From Eledone cirrhosa (Eukaryota): a stretch of DNA of 64,000 bases. Position 1 is the first letter of the stretch; each line of letters starts with the position of its first letter. Position numbers and translations under genes: made by a program. Shown here piece by piece: positions 1 through 12,947 of this stretch. Where the stretch lies: positions 62,992,001-63,056,000 of the forward strand of contig OZ024744.1 of the NCBI GenBank assembly GCA_964016885.1, in the 5' to 3' direction. The notes below the pieces were generated by a model. It saw only the letters and a program-made list of their open reading frames with translations, was not told the DNA's origin and did not search any database.

Positions 1-69
1 TATATACATACATACACATATATACATACATATACATATATACATACATACATATACACACACACATAT

Positions 70-118
<49 letters not shown>

Positions 119-974
119 TCACACCGCTGGAGAGAACTCGTCCATGGATCTCGGGGATTTTACCCGCACTATAGATATATACATATACATATATGTGTGT
201 GTGTAAGTGTATAATGAGAGAGATTGCCTGTATGTGTGTGAGTGACAAAGAATACAGGAGAGGAATAACCATTCCTCTATTCCTCTCCATCAAATAAAAA
301 CTATTATGGTTCAGTCAGTTCTATTTTCCAATTGTCGTTCGTCGTCAAGTTTCCCTACACACACACAAACACAACACACACACACATACACACTTTCTCT
401 TCGGTTGGATTCGAACACGGATCCATAAAGACTGAATGATGTAGCAAGATGACGTTAACAACAAAACACAAAAAAAAAAACGCTTCACATTCAGATCTCA
501 TTAAATTTTAAATATTAATAAATCATTATTATTTTGAATGCATTCCTGCTGCCGGAGATTTCTTCATCCTCGATTCTTTCCTTATTTTACCAGAATACAC
601 ATTTTTCACTTATATGTATCGTGGAAACAAAGAACCGAATTATTGAAGAATCTACAAAAGGATTGTCGTCGCAGTCATCTTTACTTTACCTTAAACAGAC
701 TTTCAGTTTTTATTTGGTGGAGAGGAACGATTATTAATTTTTCTTTCTCACTTCCACATACATACACATACCTATACACATGTATACAATATAACATTTC
801 CTTGTTAGTTTTTCAAGAGCCGTGATATACAAAGCTGGTACTAGGAGCATCATTTGGCCAGGATATTAATTTTAGCTTTGATCAAGCAAAGACTGCAGTA
901 TGTATGTGTGTTTTTATATAAATATATACAATATGCATTTATAAATATACATTAAACTCTCTCCTTAGTCTGGA

Positions 975-1150
975 GGCTCATCAGGCCAGAGTTTATTCCA
1001 GTTCCATTGGCGTTAAGCGACTGGAGATTAACCCTGCGGTGAACTGTTCTCCTGTCCTGGGGGAGAACAGTTCACAGGGTTAATCTCCAGCTGGTACTTA
1101 TTCTGTATAGATTGGTGCAATGCAAAATTAAGTGTCTTGATCAAGAATCG
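975..1150 (-). mobile_element. SINE fragment with internal 70-bp hairpin (1021-1090)
   Basis: AAGTGTCTTG-TCAAG motif shared with other SINE copies in the window; CTGGAGATTAACCCTG..CAGGGTTAATCTCCAG inverted repeat. Confidence 0.5.
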
Positions 1151-2797
1151 AACCTATATATGTGTGTGTGTAGAAAAAAATAGAAGGTAATAAACTAAGA
1201 GAAATGAATAAGAAAGAATAAGAAAAAAACACTAGTTTGTACAGCTTCATAGCTGAAGAATATGGAAGGAAGATAATAGTTACGGAATATATAAATAGAC
1301 ATATATAAGCGTATGAATTCGTTAAATAAGATAAAATACACACTATCTTCTTTTCTTTCCCTATCTATATATGTATGTGTTTATCTCTAATATATAAATA
1401 AACACAATATAGCACACACACAAACGCTTAATCAGTCTCAATGGTTGAATGGAAACCTTAGGATTTACATACATTAAATAATATCTACACTATATTTTCT
1501 TGAAAGAGTGGAGTGCTAAATTGACTGTGAATAATGATCTTACTAGTATTTTAATTTGTAATATCTTACACACATTATTTTATATATATATATATTTGTT
1601 ACGTGCATGAACTTATATGTATATATAAAATGTCAACAAGGAAAAATTATACAGTGTAAGACTGGCAATACAATACAATAACAATGGTACATTAGTTTAA
1701 GGAAAAGATTTTCAACGACATTTCAGACGCTACATATATATAATATATATGTAGCGTCTGAAATGTCGTTGAGAATTTGTGCGTGTGTGTAAGAAAAGGG
1801 AATCATGGAATATTTACCTTGATGAAGGTTTATTTTCGCTATAACCCTGTCTTATTTCGGTGGAAGTCATATTCCGTTTTTACCTTTTCGATCCAGGCAA
1901 AAAGAAGTAACTATATATATATATGTAATATAGAATATAGTTATATGTGTGTATTGCGATGGGTTTGAGTTGGTTTGCCAAAAACGGTCAATCAAGATCT
2001 GTGACTGTATTGACAATGTCTGTCTTTGATGAGGGAAGCGATATATATATATATGTAGAGAGAGAGCAAGTGTGTGTATGTATGAATATAAGTATATATG
2101 TGTGTGTTCGCCTATACTAAGCAAAATAACAGTTAGTGTTGCGGCAACAAGGTCGGAACTGAATCTGCGATTAGAAAACGTTGTTTCTTGCTAAGACTGC
2201 CACCGCTGCTGCTGCTGATTACTATTGTTGTGTTGTTGTTATTACGATGGTGTTGCTGTTGATGATTGTAGTTGTTGTTGTTGACGATGGTAGTGATGGT
2301 GATAGTAGTGATGGTGATAGTAGTGATGGTGATAGTAGTGATGGTGATGATCGTGCGACCCAAACGAGCTCAGGTCACGTGACATTATTATATGGATGAC
2401 GCGAAGCAGCAACAATTATATCCATGTAAAATGTATTGAAACAAACGCCAATGAAGTGAATTATTGACAAGTAGGATTTTTAATAGGAACTGAACAGGCA
2501 ATAGTGTTTTGAGATCAGAGGGAATTCTTCTTTCTATTTGTGTTTGTTTTGATAGTGACCCAGTTATGTAATCAAATGCATGGAAGATAGGTGTAGTGGT
2601 GGGAAATATTGCAAAAAATGAGGCATTTCTCTCATTATATATATAAATATATATGTATGTATATACGTATTTGTTCTCTATCGATTTATCTATCTCGATT
2701 ACTTACTGTTATATATTACACACACACATTTTATGACAATACACACATTCATACAAACATATATATATATATTTGGAAACACTGCTTCGTAGAATCG

Positions 2798-2894
2798 AGA
2801 CGTATCTGACGACCTTACGATTTCAGAGTCAGGTTCGATCATTACATCGATCGAGTCTCGAGCTGGTCGCCAGAGAAACGATTGTAATATGTCT
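2798..2894 (+). ncRNA. Type I hammerhead ribozyme with long stem II
   Basis: Stem I AGACGTAT(2798-2805)/ATATGTCT(2887-2894), 8 bp with one G.U. Core CTGACGA 2806-2812, long imperfect stem II, GAAA 2875-2878, stem III A-C[GATT]G-T, GTA cleavage triplet 2884-2886. The first stem II pair is a C.A mismatch. Confidence 0.7.
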
Positions 2895-2931
2895 AATAAA
2901 TTTTATTCGTTGCAAAACTGATTCTCCGTTT

Positions 2932-3001
<70 letters not shown>

Positions 3002-3074
3002 CGTTTCTGAATTTGTTTAGCAAGATTCTTTATCTGAAATCGTGTGTTGAAACCGATATTGTTATACTTTGTAT

Positions 3075-3117
<43 letters not shown>

Positions 3118-3213
3118 CAAAATATATGTTTTATTATATATATTTCGTAGTACTGCCAATACTGGAATTGAACCATCAAGACCGTTGAGGTATGTCATAC
3201 ATCAATCCATGTA

Positions 3214-3275
3214 TTTTATCTGACGAGGACGTACTGAAAAAACAACACAGTACCTTCGAAATATATATAATAAAA
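3214..3275 (+). ncRNA. Type I (minimal stem III) hammerhead ribozyme
   Basis: TTTTAT-CTGACGA-GGACGTACTG..CAGTACCTTC-GAAA-TATATA-TA-ATAAAA: 6-bp stem I, 9/10-bp stem II, palindromic minimal stem III, ATA triplet. Confidence 0.75.
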
Positions 3276-3591
3276 CATATATATGTGAATGTCTTCATTT
3301 ATTAATATTCTGAATAATATTAATAACTCCAGAAAACTTTTTGTAGAGTGCTTTTAATCTATTGTAAAACTATATTCATTGAGTAATCAATGAACCATAT
3401 TAATCTTTGGTTATATATATATATATATATTTTTTTTAATCGATCGACTTTCGTCGGTCACAACTCCAGGTAGAAGGAACAACGTGAAATAAAGTGACTT
3501 GCCCAAGGACATAACGCATCGCCCGGTCCACGAATCGAACTCGCAACCTCAGGATTGTGAATCCAATTCTCTAACCACACGCCTTCACACG

Positions 3592-4309
<718 letters not shown>

Positions 4310-4878
4310 GTTGTATCCAGTAACTTAACGGTACGACATATTTAAATTTATAAAATAAGTTCTGGCGTTTAATATGACCGACTTAAGCCTTTGGCCAGTC
4401 AAATGAAAGACACACACACACGCGCGAAGGAAAATACTCTATGAAATAGATTATTTTTTCTACTTTAGGCTCAGAATTTGAGGAGAGGAGTTAGAGATCA
4501 GTACTGATGGAAGGCAAAGTTGACATCGGTAGTATTTGAACTCGCAACGTGAAGAGCCGAAACATATAATGCTAAACATTTGCCCGAAGCACTAATGATC
4601 ATCCAATCCGCCGCCTATAGAATAAATAATAATTGTTTCTAACAGGCATAACTCTATAACATTTCAGCGAGCTTAATTGAGCCCCGAAGAATGACAAGCA
4701 ACGTTGACCTCGGCCCGATTTGAACGCGGGGTGCAGAGAGCGGGAGAAATAATGCAAGCCATTATATCCGATGCCCTACAACGTTTTGTACCAAGTGTAT
4801 CTGAGTGTAACATATATAAATATATTAATATATATACATGTATAATAACAGCAATTACGACCACTCCCCCCCCCCCCT

Positions 4879-4961
<83 letters not shown>

Positions 4962-4967
<6 letters not shown>

Positions 4968-5955
4968 TAAAATAACAGATTAAAGTTTAAGCAAAGAATC
5001 GCTGCTTTCACCCTTAACGGGATCTTCTGAAACTAACTATTCTGGTACATAGGGTTTGGCTATGTGTATACGGTAGTTTTGCGTCTGTGTGAGTATGCGG
5101 GTTCGTACGTATGGTGGGTGTGTGTATTGTGTACTTCTTGTTTTAGTTGACCTACGTCTCCGAACATTCGTGTATTTATATGTAGGTATGCGTGTGCGCT
5201 TGTTATATACGTATTTATTTATTTATATACGTTTATATAATTATTTATTTATTTGTATACACGCATACACACACACACATATTTATATGTGCGTGGTTTT
5301 GTATACCTATGGTAAGGTTTTGCGTATGCTCGTGTATGTACGTATTTGTTTGCGTGTATGTATTTATTTATTTCTATTACTTCTGTATTGTATTTATTTA
5401 CTTGTTCTTAACTCTGTAGCGGAGATTCATTCGGTCTCCTAGTTAGAATTTTAGTCTACGACTTCTGCTATACCATTTACGTGGTTTTGTTTTTGCGTGC
5501 TATTGTTCTCAACGCTCCACATATGACGTATTATCTTCGTTTTTTCCGTTCATTGCCAGAGAAGGTCTCTATGCACCACCTAAGAGAACATTAGTCTACG
5601 ACCTCTTTTATACCATAAACGTGGTTCTGTCTTTGCGCGTAATTGTTTTTCACCGCTCCTATTAATGACGTATTATTCGTTTTTCCCCGTTCTTTGCCAG
5701 CAAACGTTACCACGAACCAAAGTATCGTCTTCCTGTCTTCCTCCAGCTGCAACGTTTTTTGAAATATCCAGTTCTGCGTTTACAGATTGACTTTGTTAGT
5801 TTCAGAAGATCCCGTTAAGGGTGAAAGCAACGATTCTTTGCTTAAACTTTAATCTGTTATTTTAATAAATATTTGCTCTACGGTTCTTATATATTTGATA
5901 TATATTTATCCTTATCGAGCCCTCTTTGGATTTTAGTCTTCAAATTTATTATTAT

Positions 5956-5960
<5 letters not shown>
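4962..5960 (+). mobile_element. Non-coding element with ~76-bp inverted repeats (Penelope-like inverted pLTR or MITE)
   Basis: 4962-5037 is the reverse complement of 5795-5871 (1 mismatch); internal ~140-bp duplication (5451-5560 / 5591-5700); TA microsatellites on both sides. Confidence 0.6.
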
Positions 5961-6017
<57 letters not shown>

Positions 6018-6172
6018 CAATATATTAATAAATGGAAACTAATCCCAACAAATTAAATATAACCTCTGCATATATATATATATATATATACGTTATTCCG
6101 GGTTGAATCGGAGGTAACCACAGTAAGTAAGGTACTCAATACATTGCAGAGTATAAAAGTTTTAATATAGAT

Positions 6173-6225
6173 GAGATTCTACAGGACTAGAACTGTTTCA
6201 TTCTTTAGAAATCATCAGGAATCTC
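6173..6225 (-). ncRNA. Type I hammerhead ribozyme (left arm of a 115-bp palindrome)
   Basis: Minus strand reads GAGATTC-CTGATGA-TTTCTAAAGAAT-GAAA-CAG ttctagtc CTG-TA-GAATCTC: perfect 7-bp stem I, 4-bp stem III, GTA triplet. Confidence 0.8.
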
Positions 6226-6272
6226 CTGATGATTTCTAAAGAATGAAACAGTTCTAGTCCTGTAGAATCTCA

Positions 6273-6312
<40 letters not shown>

Positions 6313-6442
6313 GAAGTTCTATTTATAATTGTTGGGATACAACAAGCAAATATTTTTATAACTGATATAAAGCACTCAACAAATTATTGGAGTAAAAATA
6401 CGATATATTAAAAAATGGAAACTATATTTATAAAACCATATT

Positions 6443-6507
6443 TATTTCATTATACATATTTCAAGGACACCAAGTTAAATTATGATGTGCTTTCATCAGA
6501 TAAAATA
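6443..6507 (-). ncRNA. Type I hammerhead ribozyme (same family as 3214-3275)
   Basis: Minus strand reads TATTTTAT-CTGATGA-AAGCACATCA..TGGTGTCCTT-GAAA-TATGTA-TA-ATGAAATA: 8-bp stem I, 9/10-bp stem II. Confidence 0.75.
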
Positions 6508-6560
6508 TAATATAGATTAGTTTTATAAATAAATATTGACATACCCTTAAAGAATGCAAC

Positions 6561-6790
6561 CATTTCTGTTGGAAGCTCCCGGATAACCAGTGTCTGTCCT
6601 TAGGGCATCAACATACGTTAACCTTGGTCTTCCTCTTCTAGTGTGTCCATGTAGGGGCTCCCACAGGAGCACTGAGTGCAATGTCAACTCTGGATGTCGG
6701 TGAGCATGTCCAGCTAACCTCAGTCTCCTCTGTGTAACTTTTGAGTTGCATTTTCGATTTCATCTTTTTTTCTTTATACTTTCACTCGTG
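6561..6790 (-). mobile_element. RTE/RTE-X LINE C-terminal fragment
   Basis: Manual minus-strand translation: RRLRLAGHAHRHPELTLHSVLLWEPLHGHTRRGRPRLTYVDALRTDTG. Confidence 0.75.
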
Positions 6791-6831
6791 TAGGACACCT
6801 CGGTTATTTTTCATTTTGTAAAAAAAACCAC

Positions 6832-6870
<39 letters not shown>

Positions 6871-6939
6871 TATACACATATATATATACACACATACATA
6901 TATATACATATCATCATCACCATTTTACGTACATTTATA

Positions 6940-7745
6940 TATGGCCATGTTCGATATGTAGAAAAGGAGTTGGCATAAACTTTATAGAATGTACATAATT
7001 CAGATCTTGGGTACACAAGAGACGTAGTGGGATAGCAGGCAAATTAACAGGTAGGGAAAACTACATATGCAGTAGATGTTTAGGGAAATTTGATAGTAGA
7101 AGTGGCAGTAATAGACACATTTTTTCAAATGTAGGTAGGATCTATAGAGGTGGTTGATAGCTTCCGAAACCTAGGTGATCAGATTAGCATGGGAGGGGGG
7201 TGTTCTGAGGCCATAGTATCTAGAATACGGACAGGTTGGAAGAAGTTTAGGGAGCTGTTTCCTCTGTTGACAAAGAAGGGTTTCTCCCTATGAACGAAAG
7301 GCCAGTTATATGATGCCTGTGTGAGATGCGTGATGCTGCATGGTAGTGAGACATGAGCAGGAACTACGGAGGATATGCGATAGCTGGAAGAAATGAAGCA
7401 AGCATGCTCCAATGGATGTACGTGAATGACCAAAAATAGACGAGTTGAGAGAGAAACTGTGTATAAGAGGGATAGGCTGTCGTATGCAGGAGAGAAGACT
7501 GCATTGGTATGGACATGTGATGCACATGGAGGATGACTGTTGGGTAAAAAGTGCCAAGAAATCCCAGTGGAAGGAAGACGCAATAGAGGAAGTCCTTGAA
7601 AATCATGGGCGGAGGTGGTGAGAACTGACCCTAGATCGCTGAAGCTCACAAAGGAAATGACGAATAGAGAGATGCTGTGCTGAAAAGGACCTGTCCCACT
7701 CTTGCAAGCAAGGAAAAGCGAACATATAGTGATGATGGTGATGAT
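6940..7745 (+). mobile_element. Degenerate RTE LINE 3' fragment (PHD-finger family)
   Basis: WPCSICRKGVG..WVHKR..GGCSEAIVSRIRTGWKKFREL, homologous to the ORF at 37170; stops and frameshifts; (GAT)n tail. Confidence 0.85.
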
Positions 7746-7998
7746 ATATATATAATTATTAAGTCTAATTACTACAACGGAGCCATACCAGGAACGTATT
7801 TTTCGTTGGCTTAGAGGACCATCTTTTTCAGCCTGTATCAGTGGAAAGAAAACTTGAATATTTCTACCTAGTTATTACCACTATATACATATAGGGAGAG
7901 AAACAGGTAGACAGAGACAGAATAAGCTAGTTAAACTATTTTTGAATTAATAGACGTCTGCTTTTAAACCTTATACGTTAGTAAATTCTGGCTGCGAT

Positions 7999-8328
7999 GG
8001 AGGCACATGGATTAGTGGTTAGAGCATTGGCCTTGCAATCGAAAGGTTGTGAGTTCAATTCTCAGACCGGGTGATGTGTTGTTTCCTTGAGCAAGACACT
8101 TTATTTTACATTGCTCCAGTTTACTCAGCTCTAGAAATGAGATGATAGGGACTGGGGTCCCTATCATTCCACTGCAAAGTGGTTGTGGAGGTGCCACGGC
8201 AAAAACCACCCAGCACTCACTGTAAATAAGGTTGGTGTTAGGAAGGGCATCCAGCTGTAGAAATCAAGCCAGAATCAGTTCCCGTCCCACCCTTGCAAAC
8301 AGGGAAAAGTGGACGTAAAATGATGATG
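7999..8328 (+). mobile_element. tRNA-derived SINE with RTE-derived 3' tail
   Basis: A/B boxes (TGGATTAGTGG, GAGTTCAATTC); 3' part GGTTGGTGTTAGGAAGGGCATCCAGCTGTAGAAA shared with the RTE LINE 3' UTR; (GAT)n tail. Confidence 0.85.
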
Positions 8329-8482
8329 AGTCCATCTTTCATTTCCCAGCAGTTTCACCAACGGCCTTGAAAAAAGCTTTCATATTATAATGTTCCCATC
8401 TCCTACACCTTTTACAACTATCTAAGAAACGGAAAAGATTAGAAAGGGTAAATCCCATTTTCCTTCCATTAATTGTTCCACA

Positions 8483-8861
8483 GGCCATGTCTTGCGCCTG
8501 AGCGACCCTAGGATGCCAAAGGCAGTTTTCTATGGCGAACTACATCAAGGCAAGCGAAACCATGGGGCCACCTGAAAATGCTTCATGGACCAACTCAAGC
8601 ACCAGCTGGTCCAAGGCAATGTTGATCACAAGGAATAGGACTACCTGGCAGAAGACAGAAAGAAATGGAGAGCAACCATCAAAACAGCTGCAGCCAGCTT
8701 TGAGGAGGGCAGGAAGATGGCAGCTGAAAACAAATACCAAAGAAGAAAGTTGTCTGCCACCCAACCACCAACTGACTAAGTACATACTTGCTCCAACTAT
8801 ACCAGATCCTGCGAGTCCAGGATTGGCCTCTACAGCCACCTTTGGGTGTGCCACTGCTTAG
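8483..8861 (+). mobile_element. RTE/BovB-like LINE C-terminal fragment
   Basis: GHVLRLSDPRMPKAVFYGELHQGKR...SRIGLYSHL in shifting frames. Confidence 0.75.
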
Positions 8862-10671
8862 AACAGGACAACAATTCTTCCCATTGTTTTTCGTAAGGGA
8901 ATAATTCGCCATTCGTAATTGCTCCACAACACATGGTGCAATATAAAGTCTCACATTGTGCTCAGAGTCGGAACCTGTGTCTGCGGGGTATATAAATGTC
9001 ATTATGGGGTGTCTTACAAACTGAATGATGTTTGCTTTGCTCGCTATACTGAGCTGAACCCAAATTATCAAGTGGCCTCCTGACTTGAGTCAATATCTAC
9101 TAAATTCTGGAACCAGCTCGATGTCCGGTTATGGGAGCTAGGCTACTGACAATGAGGTTCTTGTCATTACTGGCATCTTACATTAATGATGAATCAGTTG
9201 ATGCCCATGAGGGTATTTGATTATTCCAGCATCTTAGTCTCAATATTACCTGAGGTAATGCTGTATGTTTATTGGCTCAATGGTTATTAAAGAGAAACTC
9301 CAGCACCGTTGTGGCATGTGATTGAGTGTGTGGAGTTTTCTCCCACATTTTTTCTGTTCTATTTTTTATATAAATAAATTTTTTATATAAATTCTTCTTA
9401 TATATAATTGTTTCAATTTTCCATATAATAAATAATTTCATCAGTGTATATATACAAGTTGAACCTCTTAAATCTGACAGCCTTGGGGCATGACATTGCT
9501 TGACCTTGGAAGAATGCTGGAAAACAGAAAGCGATCACCTAAGTAACAGAAGCTATCAACTACTTATATGGAGCCTTCCTTGGATTAGAAGGACAGTATT
9601 TCAGTAGGGCACTTAATATTAACTATCCCTGTGCATTTATTGATGAAAAAAAGCCCTCTAAAACTAATTGTGATGTACCCTGTGAAGGACATGTGTCTAA
9701 TTTATAAATGTATGTATATATATATTAGACACATGCTTCACAGGGTACATCACAATATATATATGTATATATATATTATATTACATTATATTACTTAATG
9801 TACATTGCAACTAAGCATATGTTTTCTTGATTCTCAGTTTCCTTCTGGGATCTGATTAATTATAGTTGAACCCATCATGAAACTCTGAGTACTTAAAGAA
9901 GCATATGCTTAGATGCCATGTAAATGAAGCAATATAAAATACCTTTATGTTTGCATATTAAGAGCTCATCCTTTCGTAATTACAATTCACACTCAGACAA
10001 TGATGATGATTATATATATATCAAATAAAGCTTTTCTTTTTTGTTTTGTGAAGCAAGAAACCCCTATTCTTCATTCTTCATTAAGACATCTCTCTAGGAG
10101 AAGGTCACTCCCTGCTACTTCATTTGCATCCAATGATGTAGATCAGTTCTTCTTTTTGGGCAAATGCATTCAATGTTCAGAGAGTGGGATTGGCCATATG
10201 CAAAGCCTTTCCTCCCTTAAAAAAGCTTCATGCACAGGCATCGCTGGTATGTGACATTTTTTTATGATGCATGGTATTGCTGGTCATAAAAAATATCATC
10301 AGTGATGTTCATGCTTAAGTATCAAGTGATGGCATTAGTCAAAATCGAGTTGTAGCCATCATATATATACACTAGCATAGTGCCCCCAAAAAATAATGTG
10401 GTTAATAATAAAAAAATATTTAGTTTAATAAAAATGCTTGAATCCTAGATTTTCCTTGCCTTTTCTCCTTGTCATTCCAGCCATCACTGTATTTCATTTT
10501 ATATTCATTTAAATCAATTACAATAATTTTCTTCCATATTTTCTTTAATCATTATCAAAAATATATTCATAAATTATGGTGACTTTGTTCTACTTATGTA
10601 TCTATCTATGTATTTGTCCCCTTCTTTTGTGCTCCTGTGGCTAATAAAGAAATATATCTATTTATCTATCC

Positions 10672-11545
10672 ATCAGTGGAGACTCCACTTTGACATTAAA
10701 GGGTTAGTACGTCACAAGTGTGACAACGTGCTTGGAGAGACTCTGGGCGTCGAAGACGACAAGCTCTCCAGTCTGTTCGGAAGAACTTTCTGCCCGGGAC
10801 CTATGGACAACTTCCAAAGGTCCCTGGCCTGGCAGTGCTACCGAGGAGCTCTACCGGTTTGTGACAAGATCTACAGGCACGGACACCCCGGCAGGGATCC
10901 TTCCAAGAGGACGTGTCCAAGATACGCGCAGGACATTGAAACAGTCCTGCATGCAATTGTACACTGCCCGGGCGTAACCGACCTGTGGAACTATGCAGAA
11001 CAACTGCTGTCGCATATGGGACAAATCCAGTTGGCTGCTGAGTCCATAGTAAGGATCAAACCGCCAGCCTCTTTCAAAAACGAAAGAGAGGCGGTTTTCC
11101 TCTGTACGGTGGCTATGGTGAAAGAAGTTATATGGTGGACGAGGTTGAGAGGACTGAGGACAGATGCCTTTCTCTCCGGACAACAATTGATTCCATTCTT
11201 TAAGTATCACTTTAGAAGGAAAATCAGGGTGGAGTAAATTTACTGAAAGGTGGGTGAATGAAGCGAAAATGGCCCAAGTGATTGGGCCTTCTCTGTTTAT
11301 AAGCCTGTAGGTTGAAGAAGAGAGAAAAAGGAAGAAAGGAGCACTTGCACAGCACGCTCCTGGAGTTGAGGGTTGTTCTATCGACGGAGTATTAAACAAC
11401 CCATTTGTGGCGCCCCCCCCCCCCCCCCTATTGGGGATTTCGATTGTTGTAATTGTTTGTTTTTATATTTTTTACACGACTGTATATAAAATCCCTGGCT
11501 TGTCTTTGTATTTTCTTGTGCGCCCTTGTGGCTAATAAAGAAATA
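10672..11545 (+). mobile_element. L1/Tx1-like LINE 3' fragment (zf-RVT region and 3' UTR)
   Basis: LAWQCYRGALPV..CPRYAQDIETVLHAIVHC (degenerate CCHC knuckle); ends GTGGCTAATAAAGAAA; homologous to 59257-59903. Confidence 0.8.
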
Positions 11546-12176
11546 TATCTATATATCATATAACTGTTACAGGGTATATATAAATAGATAACTATAGATT
11601 GACAGTCAGGCAGACAGAAAGAGAAACAGGTAGTTAATTAGTTAGGTAGGTAGGTAGGTAGGAAGGTAGATAGATGAGTAGATAGGTAGGTAGGCAGACT
11701 GGCAAGTAGACAGACAAACAGATAGATAGATAAGTAGGTAGGTAGATAGATGTGTAAATAGATAGCTATTTAGGTAGATATGTAGATAGATAGACAGATA
11801 TAGATAGATAGGTGCTATTATGTTTAGTCCTAAGATAGATAGCTACACAGCTATATAGATGCTTCTCAACTACTGGCTATCTTGTCAACACTGTGCATGT
11901 GTGTGAGAGAGAGAGGAAGATATCAAATTACCATTTCCCAAACAAATCTAACACAAAGTGGTTGACACTGTGATAATAGTATTTTATTATAACTATATAT
12001 AAATATATATGTATATCCTGAAGAAGTGCTAAAAACCAACATGTCAAACTTTCTTTCCCCTTCTCCATATAAAGCATGAAACTAATAAGACTTTTTGTAC
12101 CTCTGTTTTGTCCTTTCCTTGAACTGTATCATCATCATCATCATTTTACGCCCGCTCTTCCCTGCTCGCAAGGGTA

Positions 12177-12660
12177 TCACGGAGTAGGCAGACCCAGAAA
12201 AACCTGGGACGACTTGATAAATTCCGACCTCACACACTTATACCTCTCCAAGACAATGTCACTGGACCAAGATCTTTGGCGCTACACAGTAATACAGAAG
12301 ACCCGCCTTACCTAAGTACAAAGTGAAACCTACTACAGTCAGTAGGCACCTCTAACAAAATACACCCCTGTCCCACTACCCCTACCTCATCCACACCACC
12401 CTTTAAATGTAAAGTTATGTTGGTACCACAACATCCAGTCCGAAACAAATGAAGTCATGTAGGTGTCACAACAAAAAAACACACACTCTACGCTGTAAAC
12501 GTGGTTGGTGTTAGGAAGGGCATCCAGTCGTAGAAAACCCACCAGACAGTCCTATGCGAGCAAGATAACCACTCTTGCCTCAAGTGGGAAAACTCCCGTC
12601 CAAACCCATGTAAGCATGGAAGATGGACGTTAAACGATGATCATGATGATGATGATGGTG
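12177..12660 (+). mobile_element. 3' end of the RTE PHD-family LINE
   Basis: HGVGRPRKTWDDLINSD..KTRLT plus a 3' UTR nearly identical to the 39000-39530 and 60128-60655 copies. Confidence 0.9.
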
Positions 12661-12676
12661 AGTGTGTGTGTATATA

Positions 12677-12751
<75 letters not shown>

Positions 12752-12876
12752 AGTAAGTATGTTTTGAAACAGCGAGCAAGTTTGAAATTAGAAAATAGAA
12801 GCTTTCACCGTATTTTTTTTTACTAAAGAAATTTTGCTAAGAATGTAGCTTCTAATTTGAATGGAAGGAGATGGGT

Positions 12877-12947
12877 GATGTGTTGGTGTAATGGTAGCAC
12901 AGTGGTCTGGATAACCAAAGATGTGTGTTCGACTCCCATGCACGTCA
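12877..12947 (+). pseudogene. tRNA-like cloverleaf (tRNA pseudogene or SINE head)
   Basis: Acceptor stem GATGTGT/GCACGTC, A-box TGGTGTAATGG, anticodon loop CTGGATA, T-loop TTCGACT. Mismatches in the anticodon and T stems. Confidence 0.6.

Noticed and set aside
960-990. Minus-strand CTGATGAG as a hammerhead core
   Set aside because: No GAAA or stem III follows; it fits a SINE 3' tail.
10040-10330. Possible exon or mariner transposase remnant
   Set aside because: Too degenerate; no convincing motif or TIR.
12877-12947. Functional tRNA-Ser(GGA)
   Set aside because: No long variable arm, pyrimidine at position 37, and stem mismatches.
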